From assembly GCA_012295275.1 (NCBI GenBank), contig CM022673.1:16182001-16246000 (forward strand): a DNA stretch of 64,000 nucleotides. The letters are read 5' to 3'. The notes below the pieces were generated by a model, which was not told the origin of the DNA, ran no database searches, and was given only the letters and a program-made list of their open reading frames with translations. This document shows positions 15,325 to 30,696 of the stretch, in pieces. Origin of the DNA: Chrysomallon squamiferum (Eukaryota > Animalia > Mollusca). Position 1 is the first letter of the stretch, and each line of letters opens with the position of its first letter. A program made the translations under genes and the position numbers.

Positions 15325-15975
15325 ACTGATATACATTCATCCCTCCACTACTGCCTTTACTATTGTACATTCACCCATTTCCTGTTACCTTTACTATTGT
15401 ACATTCACCCCTTTCCTGTTACCTTTATTATTGAACATTCCCGCCTTCCTTATTACCTTTAACATTGTACATTCACCCCTTCCCTATTACTTTTACCATT
15501 GTACATTCACCATTTCCTGTTACCTTTACTATTGTACATTCACCCCTTTCCTATTACTTTTACTATTGAACATTCCCGCCTTCCTTATTACCTTTAACAT
15601 TGTACATTCACCCCTTCCCTATTACCATTACCACTGTATATTCACCCCTTTCCTGTTACCTTTACTGATGAACATTCATCCCACCCATATTACCTACAGT
15701 TTTTATTACTTACCAATATATATTTAAATCTCCCTATTACCTACAGTGACAAGCATTCACCCCTCCACTATTACTACACTGATGTACATTTACTGCTCCC
15801 CTATAATCTATACTGATACACATTTATCTCTCCCCTGCTTCCCAAACTGATGTACATTTATCCGTTTCATTTTGTCTACACTGATGCATTTACCCATTCC
15901 CTTCTGCCTACTGTCATCCCTCCCTTATTCCCTACACTGAAGTACATTCACCCCCTCCCCTGTTACCTATACCAG
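15325..15975. repeat. 34-bp minisatellite, degenerating rightwards
   Basis: Unit tattgtacattcacccctttcctgttacctttac repeated in tandem; explains ORF 15314..15727. Confidence 0.92.
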
Positions 15976-17215
15976 TGTGCATGGCCTGGTCCCAGCATTC
16001 AAGCAGGTATCAAATGACAGAGGATTAATTTGTTATTGCCATGAACTGAATCACCTAGGTGACCAGTGGACTGTGAAGAAACAAGAATTCCACGCAAGAC
16101 GAACAAAGACCATAAATCAAGAACATAGAGCAAAAAAAAAAAGAAGAGGAAAAAAAAAAGCGTCACAGCCCCAGTTTCACATCTTTTGATCATGACTAAT
16201 TATCAAGAAAAAGCCATTGGACAGGAATCAGGTACACTGCGTTAAGTGTAATCACTTCGTAATGTCTTTATAAAATACCAATGTTTGTATCTGTGCGTGA
16301 CTGTACACAGATCTGCATATCACCACTGATTATTTGTCACCATGCGCGACAATCAGGACTGTAGTTTCTGACTTGGTCTACATAAACTGTTCACTGTATT
16401 GTATTATTTCATACTTGAGCTGTATACATTACACTGTGAAACTTTACATAATAAATTTACCTGTAAACTGTATGTATATGTCTCTGTATGTATGTATGTT
16501 TCTAAGTATATATGTATGCATATGTATTTTAACTGGATATTTGTATGTATGTCTGACTGTCTGTACAAATGTATTTTTTATATATACTGTGTCTAAATGA
16601 GCACATTTAAAAAAAAATGTTTACACATGTTCACATAGCTCAAGAAATACCTACAAAACAAGTTATAAATCTGTCTACAAGTAAGGTGTACCTGTGTTTA
16701 CACATGTAAAAGAAAATGTTTACAGGTAAATCACCAAGATCTGACATTGATATTTTTACCTGCATCGTAATTTACGTACCTGGTCACCTGCTGGAAAAAA
16801 TGTTTTCTGCTTTCTGTTTGTTTTTGAAGGAGGTTCTGGATTCAGTTGTTGTTGTTTTTCTGTTTGTTGTTGTTTTGTATTACTTTTTAAAAATTATAAT
16901 TTACTTATTTTGTGGGAAGGGGTTCCAGGTTACGGTTTAAATTTAAATTATTAAAAGATATATATAATTTTAATTGTTTCAGCCATGTTCTATATATTGA
17001 ATTATAAACACTGAACTTTTTCCTGAATTATTTTCTGTTTTATTCAGAATGGCATGTATGTATATGTCTGTAGATACAATATGTAGTTGCAATTACATAT
17101 ATACTAACATATGAATTGTTATTACTAAATTACATATGCTAGAATAAAGTAAGTATAAAATTCTAATCACAGTCTTAAAACAAATAAATAAATAAAATTA
17201 ATTAATTAGTTAGTT

Positions 17216-17248
<33 letters not shown>

Positions 17249-17889
17249 AACCATGAAAATAAAAAGTTCAATAATAATGTTTTCAATTTTAAGTATCTTG
17301 CACCAAACGGACAGTATTAAATAACCAAAACAGATACTATTAACTAGAACAGAATTTGACTGAAGGGTACACTCATTTCTAAAGACCCATAACTTTTACA
17401 AAAAAAAAAAATGTTCACAGAAAATCTATTCACTATGTTCCATTATATATCCATCTTGGCACAACAGAAGTCAAATGGGCTGAGCATGAACCACAATGAG
17501 GTTGGCAGTTCTACCAACAATGTTTACAAAGATACAATGGTATGCCCTGCTGACCTGCTACATTCCACTCTAAACAAACAGACAACAACATCTTGATAGC
17601 ACAGCAAATCAAATCTTCATTTAGGTTGGTCATTTTGTAAAACATTTCACCATGACTGAAAAGAAAGTCTTTCACACAGGGATTTGCAACTGTCAAACAA
17701 GATGAACTCCTGTTGAATAAATTACTACAAGCCAGGTGGACAATCCTATCAAGAATCTGAAAGCACTTTCCTACAAACACCGACTTGGTCATGACACTGT
17801 GCTGTGTATTTTCTCTATTTAAACTTAATAAAAGGCAAAATGTCTGCTTGATAATATGCTTTTTGCAAAAAAAAAAAAAAAAGATAAAG

Positions 17890-18100
17890 AAAGGAATTTT
17901 TTAAACAACACATTTTATATACAAATATATCATGTCATTCATGTGATTAAGTTTTACAAAGATAAGAAGAAACATGATGCCATTCTACAACAGACTATTC
18001 ATATTTAATAGTAGCAAGAATTCTGTATGTTCCTTAGGACAATGAATTCTATAGCTTGTGATAAAACAGTCTTGAGATACTGGTTGGAATAGAAAATCTG
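17890..18100 (-). mobile_element. Decayed SINE remnant, same family
   Basis: aaggaattttttaaacaacacattttat...tagtagcaag...cagtcttgagatactggttggaatagaaaat follows the same block order as the recalled consensus. Confidence 0.5.
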
Positions 18101-18399
18101 TAAAAAGAAGCAAACAGTGAACAGATGGAACAACCAAACATGCTTCATTCTTTTAAAATATCTAAAAGCAAAAACTCTATTCTGCTGGTTTCAGTTTAAT
18201 ACTGTATTCTGCATGACTCACTAACACAAAGGTATTAAAAAAAAACATTCTGCTACATTGCTTAAGTCCAGTTTTATGTTAATTTTATTGTTTATTTAAT
18301 CTAATTCAGTGTTAATGAAAGGTATATCAAATTTTACTTTTCACTGACTGAAAAGAACAAACAATTACCCATTCCCAAGTATTAAAGTCATTCAATTAT

Positions 18400-18615
18400 A
18401 TAACTCATTCACCATTTGTACAATTTTACTTTTCCATAGATAGTTATATTTAATTCATTATTTGTAAAAACTTTTACTTTTCCATAGATATTAAAATACC
18501 TCATTCATTATTTGTACAAATCTTTATTTTTCCATAGACAATTACAACTCATTCACTATTTGTACACAATTTTACTTTTCTACAGACAATTATAATTCAT
18601 TCACTATTTGTACAA
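18400..18615. repeat. ~48-bp tandem repeat, ~4.5 copies
   Basis: Recurrent ctcattcaYtatttgtacaaa..ttttactttttccatagaYa. Confidence 0.85.
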
Positions 18616-19539
18616 ATGTTTCAAAGTGTGCTCCTCATTTCCTATTTCAAGGGTTGCCTACTTGAAACAATGATACTCAATGATTGTCATATATAACAAG
18701 AAGACACTTAAAGTGATGGGAGACACTTGTTTCCACTGACAGATATGACAGGTTATTGCTCTGTTTTCACTCACTGTATCACCAACATCTATTTCAATGT
18801 TTAATTTATAGATACAAGCTGTCTTAATGTTTACACTCCAACATGGATTGTGGTTATTATGAGTTAATAATTCACCTCAAAGCAGCATTTTTTTAAAGTG
18901 AAAGTAATTGCAAATCTGGATTACAATAATAGAAAAGATAAGTCTAAAAGTAATATTAAAATAGAAACAAGTAAAAAAATAAATAAAGTAAAAATGAAAG
19001 TAACAAAGTAAGTTTATTATCTTGGTTGTTTGTTTTGTAGAGATTTTTTCCGATGACAGTTCAACATTTATAAATTTCTGTATTATGTATTTTTTTAGTT
19101 ATCATCAACGTCATCATCGTTGTCATTGTCATCATAATTTTAACATATATAAATATTATTATAAATAATACACACAAAATATTCTAATATATCTCCTTTT
19201 CTTTTTTTTTCTTTTTTTTTTAAATTCTACTACTCTATCACTATCATGATACAAAAGATAAATGGACTGAACAAACAAAAAAAACAGTGTCACGACTTTA
19301 TCTGAACTTTTCTGGACTGTGAAGTTCTTTTCTTTACAAGCTCCAGTCTTAAATGACAGAAGACAAAACAGAAGTGACACAAACTGCGACAGACAATATA
19401 GGGAAGTCAAGAAAAGAAAAGAGTGTCTCTGTGTGTGTACTCACGACCAACTGGGCGAGAAAGAGGCTGGCAAACTCTGAGTAATGGCTGATTTTCCCAA
19501 TCCCTCTGAGTAAACATGTAAACACTGGTCCTACTGCTA

Positions 19540-20180
19540 GTAACACTCCAAGTAAAACACATGGATTAAACACATCAGGTAGTTGTTCAAGATAAAACAC
19601 AATAAATAAAACACTTCAGTTAATACACCTGAGCAATGTACCATTAAAATACATTGGTTAGAACACTTCAAGGAACAACAGACCTTTAAAACATATTAGT
19701 TGATACATTTCAAGGCATACCATACATTTAAGCACACTGATTTATTTCAAGATAAAGCACACCAATGAAACACATTGGTTAACATACTCCAACATGCATT
19801 CAACATATATTAAAATACACTGATATACTTTGAGGTACAACACACCATTGAAACACATTGGTTAACATATTCCGAAGTACAACATACATTAAAACAGACA
19901 TATACTTTGAGATACAACAAACCACTGAAACACATCAATTAACATATACCAAAGCACAACATACCACAAAATAGCACAGTTAATATATTCCAAGGTACAA
20001 CATACCATTAAAAGATACCAGTTAATATACACCAAGTTACAAAATAATATTACAACACATCAGTTAATACACTCCAGGTACAATATACTATAAAAAAAAA
20101 TATATGATTAAAACAAACCAGTTAATACACTTCAAGGTACAACATACCATTAAAAAACACAATGGTTAACACACTCCCGC
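19540..20180. repeat. ~41-bp degenerate tandem repeat
   Basis: Recurrent aacacattggttaacatactccaaggtacaacataccattaa. Confidence 0.8.
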
Positions 20181-20303
20181 TAAAAACATGAATTATCACA
20201 CTGTCACCATTACTCCATTATCCCAGCATCAAATATTTGAAAATCCAACAAGGCCACATTAAAAAAAATAAAAAAATAAAAATCCTTTCTGATACTAACA
20301 TTT

Positions 20304-20334
<31 letters not shown>

Positions 20335-21050
20335 GAGAATGTGTTCGCTCCCCTTCTGACTGCTCTAATTCAACAGTTTTGCCCGAGTTGTTATTTCAAA
20401 CAGAGCGGGATAAGCTTGTCACCTATACACCCAGCGTCTCCTCTTTTGTCCCCTCGCTTTTATCAGTGGTTTCAGACTATTATGATGTGTCTCTGAGAAC
20501 AAACATACAACACAGCTCATTCAACACAACACAGACCTCGTTTTTTCACTCTATCACAAGGGCCATTTATTAACTTCTTTGACTAAAAACATTCTCTTCT
20601 GTAAAAATTCACAAAATGTGTAGATCCAGTTTTATTCAGTTAAGAAGGGTTAAGTCGATTTTTAATTTAGCAAAGTAAATTGATATAAAATTATATTAAT
20701 AAAAATAAAGTTTGTTTGGTGTGGGTTTTTTTAAACTTCAGAAACTTTCACAAAGGGCATCCATTCAGTTTTAACCAGATGTTAATACCATTCTTAATTT
20801 TCAGTAGTGAAATAGTGTTTTTAAATTATTTTTAATATAGATGTACTTTTTAACATTTTTAATCCATGAAAAAAAAAAATTCATGTTAATGTTAAACGAT
20901 TATATAATTTTTCAATTTTCAATAACTTTATCATATTTTTTATTTTTTTTTATATATTTTTATATATTTTTTTATTTTATTATTTTGTCATTTAATATAT
21001 AAAAACCTTTATTATTACTTATTAATGTATATATATATGTCTACAAACAC

Positions 21051-21081
<31 letters not shown>

Positions 21082-24000
21082 CACATATATATTTACATAC
21101 TGTAGATTACTATATTGTTATTATTTAATTTTATAAAAGCTCAAAAAAAAAAATCAGGTAAAAAGAACCTATTTTATATATATATATATATATAGTAAAT
21201 TAAATTTTTATAAATCATTTTAATTTAAAATTTTGTTAAGTGCTTTATTTCTGAGAGTTCAGAAGATAAGTCTGTTCAGTTATATTAAGCCATGTACTGA
21301 GTTAACCCCTTTTTTCTTCTTTTTTAGTTTAATGCAATTATTCAGGAATATAAAAGATATTTTTTTAATTATAAAACTTTTTTTTGGCTAGGTTTTAAAT
21401 CCTGTTTCAAGTCAAGGAAATTTGCTATCTTCCTAAAAATGGTTAAAATCCATTGCTAGTTGTTTTAATTTTTAATTTTATTTAGTATATAAAAATTAAA
21501 TTTGAAATAATTTGAAAAACAATTGTGAATTTTTTCTTTTTTCTTAAAACAAAAACAACAAAAAGTATTAAAATAAAACTTTCATATAGTTATTATTACC
21601 ATTTTGATTGTCATTAGTAGTTGCAGCAACAACACTGTTATCTACATGATATAAGTAACATGAAACAAAATTCAGAACAAAAATAATCTATGAATGTTCA
21701 CTGCATGTGTGTGTGTGTATGTTTGTTTATGTTGTGTTTGTATATAAATATGTGTGTACGTTTGTGTGCGTTATACTAGACATGAAAGCAAATTCTGTGA
21801 TAGATACTACTGTGAAGCATTGGAGAGAATAAAAAAACTTTTAAAAATAGTCATTTAAGGAAACTGACAAGCTTTGGTCATTTGGTCTGTTAAACATCAG
21901 GTGAATGTTCCAGTAAGAAGCTAAAGACATTAAAAAAAAAAAAACCACATTTCTAGTTAAAATAAATCTTTGTCAATTCAACTGCTTAACTATATCTGAC
22001 TCGTTATTGTTTAAAAAATAATCACATACCTGAGAACTCAAAGAAAGATTTAATAAGAACTCGAGAGTTTTTGCATCATTTGTTTCCTTCTGTGCATCAT
22101 CCACTGTGAAATTAGTATCTGAAAATACCAGACAATAAAGTAAATAACTAACAAATGTCTTCAACATGATAAAAAAAAAAAAAAAGTGCTAATCTGACTA
22201 GAAAACAACCAATTAATGATAGATGATGTTTGGTGGGATTTTTATTGTTTTTTTGTTGTTATAGACATATAAACTCTATGGAATCTTAAGAAAAAAAATA
22301 TTCACTGAACAAATGAACAACAGATATTCAAAAAATCTTTGAATAGTGGAAAGTTTAAAAAAAAAAAAAAATAAATGCAAATTAGTAGATATTCAAATAG
22401 TCACTGATTTCAGCTTGGTACAAAATCCAGTCTGACTAAAAAGTTCACTTAACTGAATAGATTTTCACTTACTTCAAAGCCCTTTGTATATCAAATAGGT
22501 AAATAAATGTAAAAAAAATCTAAACACATCAGTTACTGAATTATGTGTACTTAGTGGATCACTGAACAGGAAAATAATGTTTTTTTCTTAATATTATTTT
22601 ATGAAAATTAAATGTTTTCAGTCATGCTACATGTAATACCACTGAACTGGATAATGAAGGGGTTTATGAACACAATATCAATAACCACAACAATTTTTTA
22701 ATAATAATAATAATAATAATAACCTCAGGCTGTTGGTGTAAATGATTCACATGGTGAAAGTGATTCTAAAATTCAGAACCTGTATTACAAAACTTCTTGA
22801 ATTCTGATATTGTCAAATCAATCTGAACGTAATTTTACATTTCTAAATTGCTGTATTTATGGACAGCTGTTACAAAATTCAATGCAGACTCTTTACGAAA
22901 ACAGGCCAATAATATTTTTTAGTTTGGAATGCTTGTTTATACCAACTGTTACAAACAGGATTATTAATGTTGATTTGTAGACTTTTAAACAAAATACAAT
23001 GGATTCCTTTTCCAGAAACATCAAAAACACCAAGAATATGTTTATCTTTTGATGTTTGTTTACCCCACAGTTTAAGTTATTTTCCTTTGTTGTTAAACAT
23101 TCATTCATCTTGTTTGCAACAACAAAACTTATGAATGAAAATTTTAATTCTAAGCATGTATATATTATTTATAAAATTCTGGAGAAATATTTTACCGAGA
23201 AATGAACATCAGATTGTAAATATCTTTTTCAGTTTTATTTCAAACAGACATTTTATGTAAGATTATTTCTTCTCACAAAATAGCATGCCACTTTCAGAAT
23301 ATACATTTTACATCAAACAGTAGATATTAGGAATAACATTTTTAATAGAATACAAAATACAAAAGCCTCATTTCCTGTAAACTTCTACCAAAGATTTTAG
23401 ACCTTTTGTAGAAGAATTTTCCTTAACTAAGTTATTTCATGTTTCTTTTGTACAATTTTCAATACCATCACTTTGAATAAAGTTCAAAAAAGAAACAGTC
23501 CCCCTCCCCCATAAAAACCCATCTTTAGTGTTTGGGTCTTACTTTTAACAAAGTTCTTATGAATAACATTTTCAATGCTGTGTTTATACTAAAAAAACAA
23601 AAAAAATAATAAAAAAATAATAATAACAAAAACATCTTCAGCTTTCGAGTTTAATTTTTCACAACAGACGTTATGAATAGCATTTTGAATGCTACATCTT
23701 TTATAAAATAAAATGCAGTCACTTTCTGAAAACTTCCAAGAATACCTTTTAGCTTTTAGGATTTGTTTGTAACAACAAGAGAGGTTATGAATGAGATTTT
23801 TAAATGCTGAGCAAACAGAGAAGAGAAATGTGAACAATGTGAGCGACACTGCAGTGTGCAGGACATGTAAGTCAACACAGCTGAGAGCCATCATCAAAGA
23901 CCATTCTCACAATGTCTGCCATCCCACTAACCCGCCTCACACCCACCAACCAGGTCAATCTCCTTCACATGTCTGTTGTCATTCCTTTGAATTGTCTGAA

Positions 24001-26417
24001 TGTAATTATTCCTTTTTGATACTGCTACATCTTAATACTATCTTTCTAAATCAGCCTGAATATATTTACTTCTTGTTTGTATTGTTACATCTTTTTATTG
24101 TCTTTTGTTCTCTCTTTAAATTGTCTTCTATCAAAGTTTACCTGTCTCTGATATAAATAGTATACTGTCAAAACTATTATGTACATATATTCTCTACTAT
24201 CGTATCTTCATACTATCAACTATTACATGTAAACTCCATTATCATACTTTTATGCCATTTGTGATAATACATACTATTTACAATCATACATATGTCTACC
24301 TTCATACTTTAGTCTGTTATCATATTTATATACTATGACTAAATTTTAATACAATTGCCATATATTTATACTGTCAACTGTCACTTTTAAAATATCAAAT
24401 GCCATTTCTTTACCCTACCAGTTATACCTACATATTATAAGAACATCATCTACAATTATACTGTAAGTATTTTTCCTGGTCTACTGTCATATACTGTCTA
24501 ATTTCTCCATTATATACCACTGCCACTGTTTTACATAATTATTTAACAACTACTAATATGTCTTATATTCACTGTAAAATTTCTGTTAACTGTATTTTTA
24601 CACTGCTACAATGTCTTTATACAACTCAATGCTTTAATATTATACTTTCACACCAATGTGCTTCTAATTGCATTTAAATGCACAATATACAAATTAAAAC
24701 TAGCTTACTATTTTTTTTTTTTTTTAAACCAAATTAAAAATTAAATTAAATAGAGATGTAAATCAAATCTGACAACCCTAATTAACTTACGTTGAATATC
24801 ATCATTACTGTTATCGTAATCATTATTTAACAAACCATTTCTACCAGAACACAATTTTTAATTAAATTTATGACATAGTTACAGTCGAGAATATGACAGC
24901 GTTAGCTTTCCTACATTGATCTATGCTCTTCAGATGTCATTACGTGTCACAGTAAAATTCATAAATCGACTGGGCAATATTCGTTTGACTGCGCTAGCCT
25001 GGCAATATCAGCCATACTCGAGCATCAGTTCCGTCATTGATTGTCACACTATCCTTTCCAGAAATCATCAGATTGTTTTCAGCAGATATTGATCACAAAT
25101 ATTTCTTCTCTAATACACGTCAAAGATGCGTGCAGCCCACATGACAATGTAAACATTGTAAATTGGGTAAGAAACCAGCAGGCAGCTCAATCAATTCTAA
25201 GCAACAAGAGAAAATGATGCTGGAGTAACGGAATGCCGAGGTTTTTTTTATTTTTAGTTTTCAATAATTTCTTTGTGTTCTGGTTTAACAGAATATTGAA
25301 GTGATATATATAAAAAATTATTATTTAATGCTTCCTGCAGTATTATTATTATTATTATTATTACAAAGTAATCAAAAATAATGAAGTAATCTGAAAGATG
25401 CTACTGCTACAACTACTATTATTACTACTACTAAAAATATAAGCTATAATAATGACTACTATTATTATTACTACTAATAATAATAGTTATAATAATGTTA
25501 ACTATTGCACTTAAGATATCAGAGGAATATGAGTTACATCTTACAACATACTTATACATACACAAACACACACAAGCTTATACAAATGACACTAATCTAA
25601 TGTTAACTTTAAAAATGGCAGGTTCTGGGATCACTTCTTCACAGAGCTAGGATTAACCAGAATGTTGAAGGTTTAGAGATTGTACAAGTTGTCTGTTTTT
25701 ATCTTTCTCTAACAGGTGGACACAAAATACAAGGCTTGGATGAAAGCTAGGACACATTTGATTGAACTCTCACAAATGATGTAAGCATAATTCAAAAAGC
25801 TGATTGAATGATTGATACTAACCCAATGTTGCTCTTAAAGCAAAACATTTTACAGCCATGTTCGGTAATAATGCCATATAACCATTTCCTTATTTTCTTC
25901 TGATTCTATTAATTTTTTTTTTTTTTTTTTTTTTAAACCAAATTTTCATCTTACTCTAAGATTCTGAGAACCTGACTTTCATCATTACACTAAGAAAATC
26001 TTATTTTCTTCTTCTTTGTCCTTTCAATCACATTACCTCTCTGATTCTCATCTTGCCTGCCACAGTCACATTTACAGCTAATAACAAAATGGGTGTGGTT
26101 ATTTCATCATGTTCTGTCTGCTCAGACAGTCTAATTTTTATTTATATGTATATATATTTTTTTGTCTTGTTATCACAGTCATATAAAATAACTGCTAAGC
26201 AGGCTGCCCTATTTAAGGGGTATAAATAATAGTTTGAGCCTGAAGCATGAAAACAAACTATAATCCATTGGCCTGTGCCTGTTGTTGTAATGAAACAATT
26301 AGCACTGACATGGTGTCAAGGAGCTTCAATTGGATTACACAGAGCCCAGGGCTGTACATGTCTTAACAACAATCTGAAGCTGGCCAGCTGTCAGGTCTGT
26401 CTAATAGGAGACCATCA

Positions 26418-27200
26418 GAGTGACCACACAACTCATTGAATAAAACAATATTAACAAATACATCTCCATTATTAATGTATTGATATGATGGGTGCTGTTA
26501 ATAAGCAAAATTCATTTTTAATTATGAAGTGGCATCTGTAAGGACCACTGAAATATCTCACTGAATAAAATAATAATAACAAATACATCTCCACTGTTTG
26601 TATTGTTGTTGTTAATAAATAAAATTAATTTTTAACAGAATTTATAGTTAGTGTACGTTCCATGTTGTGACCACACAAAAATCTCACTGAATAATCTAAT
26701 ATCAAATAAATCCCAATTATTAATCTACTGATATAAGTGCACTTAATGCATGAAATTAATTTTAATAGAGTTTATAGTCTGTGTACATTCCATATAGTGA
26801 CCATACAAATATCTCATTGAATAAAATGATAAGTCTGCTAATAAACAAAATTAATTTTTAATAATATTTGTAGTGAATGTGTTCCATGAAGTAGCATTTG
26901 CTGTGATGAGAGAAATACTGAATAAAATAAAAATAATAAGTTTAACATAATAAATTAATCTCCAGTATTAACATAACAATGAAATAAGTGCTGTTAATAA
27001 TGAAATTAATTTTTAATACAGTTTATAGTTAGTATACATTCCATGAAATATATTCTGTAGTGACCACAGAAATACTGAATAAAATATTATAAAATAATAA
27101 TAAATAAATTTCATTTATTAATGTATTGATATGGAAAATGCTGTTAATGACTGAAATTAATTTACAGTGGCATTAATAATAAAATGTTACTTCATGGAAT
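26418..27200. repeat. ~110-155 bp tandem repeat, ~6 degenerate copies
   Basis: Recurrent gtgaccacac..atctcactgaataaaa...tgctgttaataa..aaaattaatttttaa..gtttatagttagtgtacattccat. Confidence 0.85.
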
Positions 27201-29843
27201 GTTCTTTGATAAATCAAAAATAAGTAAGTAAAATCACAAAATATGAAAAACAAACATATTTAATTATACATGTGTATAATGAAGTTGTGTGATATTATGA
27301 TCACATGGTTAAAAAGCAAACAATAATCCACTGAAACACACAGATGAGAACAATATAATTTGTAGCAGTACCTATATAAGGTCTTAAAAAATAAATATTG
27401 AACTTCACCACTAAATTATTTTCTAACCATACAGCATTCAATTTTTAATTTTGCATTAAGACAATTTAAACATACTTTTAGACAGCAAAACTATCAAAAC
27501 TATATATTGTAACAAAAAAATAAATAAACAAACATTAAACCTAATGAAAAATGACAGCAAATTCTATTAAAAGTCAATTGTTCATTACAATCTGAAACAG
27601 AAAAACAAACCTGACAGAGATTTCTACCAATTTCCAGTAACTAACAAAATAATGAATGGAAAAAAATATATTAAAATTTTGCAATTTGAAAAAAAGAAAA
27701 GAAAGCCTACAAATAATGATTAACAGTCAGATAGTAAAAAACACAGCACAAGTGAAAACAAAAAAATGAATAGTGTGTGTTTTATTTATAGGAATGCAAG
27801 CTTCTTTCTCACAGTGAATAGAAAAATTCACGACTGATTAACAATTAATGAAAGTAGTCATCTTGAACTATTGGGAAATGTCACGATATTATATTTTGAG
27901 CTGCGTATCATATTTTCATATTATTTATGGATGCACTGAATCATATTCTCATACATCTATAACTGGCGTAGTTAAATCTTTGTGGGTGTACTGTAACACA
28001 AATAATAATTGTATCAGTGAGGTCTTTGTTATGTACAGCAGATGTTTTTTTTATTATCAATTTAGAGTTAAACTACTTTACTGGTAAAAAAATAATAATA
28101 AAGATTTTTAATTTGCCATGTATAAACCTATAAATATAATTGAATTGTTTTGTTTTTTTTGTTTTTTTTAATTATTAATATCTTTATTAAGTTTATTATC
28201 ATTACATCATTTACAAATATATATGTTAATGTATCTAGTTATGTGCTCACCTGCATTTATACACAGACGTACACACACACATAACATAAACTGCATAGTA
28301 CAATACAGACACAATATCCTAATTTATCATCTTTTCACAAATTTCCCTTAACAAATCCCCCTCAGATATACCTGACCCAAGCAGTACTGTTTACAAATCT
28401 GAAATACTTTAAAACAGGAAAGAAATGGGTAAAATATCCTATCCAGTGAACCACAACCAATCTCCAACTATTAAACAATTTGAAAATTCCCTGGTCACAA
28501 ATGAGTGACCAAACACTAATGGTAATCAAGGAATGTCTCCTTCACGTTGCTCAGGTATCAGGCCCACCTATAGTATCTCTGTTGGTAACAACACATGCAG
28601 TATTTCTGTTTGTAACAATGATACAAACTGGACAGCTGGCTGGACTAATTCTTATGACATCTGTCTCTTAACAATTACTAAAATAACCTCTTAATAAAAA
28701 ATAAAAAATCTCAAGTCAAAACAACTTTGGTATTCAAATTTTGATATATAAAGGGCAATCATTCGATATTTCAGTAATAACAAAAATTACATTCAAGACA
28801 ACATACAGATCATTTCTGGTTGCAAATAAAGCAAGCTGAAATGTGATATTATAATAAAAGGTACCCTAGCATCCATAGCAGAATGATTAAGCTATTAGGT
28901 TTGAGTTTAGCAGGTTAACAAATCATACCCCACTACCTGATTCTAATCCACAGTTGGTTAAGGAGATATTATAACTGTTCTCACAAATTAAGATGAATTA
29001 AGTGACCTAGATTTAACTCTTAAATTAATCTGTTACCTTGTTCTTGATTATAACAAGGCTTATGTCTAGAATAAATAAATAAATATTTGTTTATCATCAT
29101 TTGAATACAATTAAAGGTTAGATCACTTTGAATAATATTAGTATTACAAATAAAATCTAATTCTGACATTTAAACAACTACTCTGATCAGTTACCAACAT
29201 GGAATATTTTATCTGAACTTTCAAATATACAAGAATATAGTATCATTTATAAATAACTGAAATAGGAAAAACTTCTATGCAAACAACCAAAGAATGTTAA
29301 TTCTTTAACCATCACATTTTACCACAATCACATTACAAAAGGCATGTTACCAAATATAGATTTATTAAACCATTACATTTTAAAAGATAAAAAAAACAAA
29401 AAAAAAAAAACTACCTAATAATAAAAAAAAAATAATTAAATTTTAATATCAGATTTTAAAAAAATTATTAAAATAATTTATAAAATGTCTTTCTGCATAT
29501 ATCAACAATAAAAACTATTTTTGCTTCCAATGTGATACATCAGAAATCCTTTCATAAGCAAGGTGATAATCAGACTAATTTAGATTTCAATTAATAATGT
29601 ATTAAAAATGACATTCTATCCATCTTTATTTAGTTTTTTTCAATTTAAAAATTGTGTTTATTTATATCAGATTTATGTTTCCTTACAAATTTCTTTTTAT
29701 CCATCATAATAAAGATCAGATTCCAGACTAGAGTGAGATCACTGACAGTCTAACATGAAATTCTAGGTTCTGAGGTTTCAATTTAAATTTATCCAATTTC
29801 TTTTGTAAGAAATGAGAAAGAAATTTAATTTTATTATATGTAC

Positions 29844-29845
<2 letters not shown>

Positions 29846-29890
<45 letters not shown>
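29846..29890. repeat. (TG)n microsatellite
   Basis: Pure TG run. Confidence 0.97.
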
Positions 29891-29892
<2 letters not shown>

Positions 29893-30659
29893 GGGTTGTG
29901 CATGTGTATAATGGTGCATGCATGCATGCATACACAAATATTTAAAAACATACATAAATTATATATATTTATTATGCACATCTTTGTTTCTCCCACAGTA
30001 TTATTTTCCAGCTTATAATTTTTTAAATGTTATCACAGTTTTTAATAGCAGCTTCAGTGCTGCCTGAATTTGTTTTTATATTTTAAGTCTTCATTTGGCT
30101 GTGAAAAGAGAAAAAAAAATCGACATAAACAAGGATTAATCTGTTATATGTGTTGTAAAGCCAGTTCATGTTACCAGACTGAAGTAGCAAACAGTGATAA
30201 CTGGAGGGCATATGGCTCTTACAATTGTCTGTCTGGATTGAAAACAACCTACACACCAACATTCTACAGGTGATGCTGCTGAACCACTGATTCTGAGAAT
30301 TTCTTTAATATGAATGTTATAGGATTCACTCAAATGATGTATAGAGTGGGATTTTTTTAAACATTTTACTTCGTTTCTGAATTCTATTCTAAAGTTTGGG
30401 AAATCTTAGGTTGAATTTTCTATAAGTTTGGATGTAGCAATACTAAATAATTATTTTTCTCTAAAGTATGCCATTGTAATTATTTTTAATTATAATTTAT
30501 ATAGTTACTATTATTATTATTATTATTATATAACATTAACAGATTTTTTTTTTTTTAATATGTTAACCTGACGACTAAATTAGTAACCAAAACAAATTAG
30601 AATTCTAAATACATAAAAATATTTTCAGCAACAAAAAAAAATGATAAATAAAATAAATT

Positions 30660-30696
<37 letters not shown>

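Noticed and set aside
15314-15727. 137-aa ORF with internal repeats
   Set aside because: It is the translation of the 34-bp minisatellite; the unit is not a multiple of 3 and there is no splice or homology support.
23589-24156. Overlapping 102-aa and 121-aa ORFs
   Set aside because: No recognisable domain, low-complexity tails and no coherent splice partners; more likely a regulatory island.
26418-27200. Regularly spaced repeats superficially like a CRISPR array
   Set aside because: Eukaryotic DNA, the whole unit is repeated (no unique spacers), and there are no cas genes.
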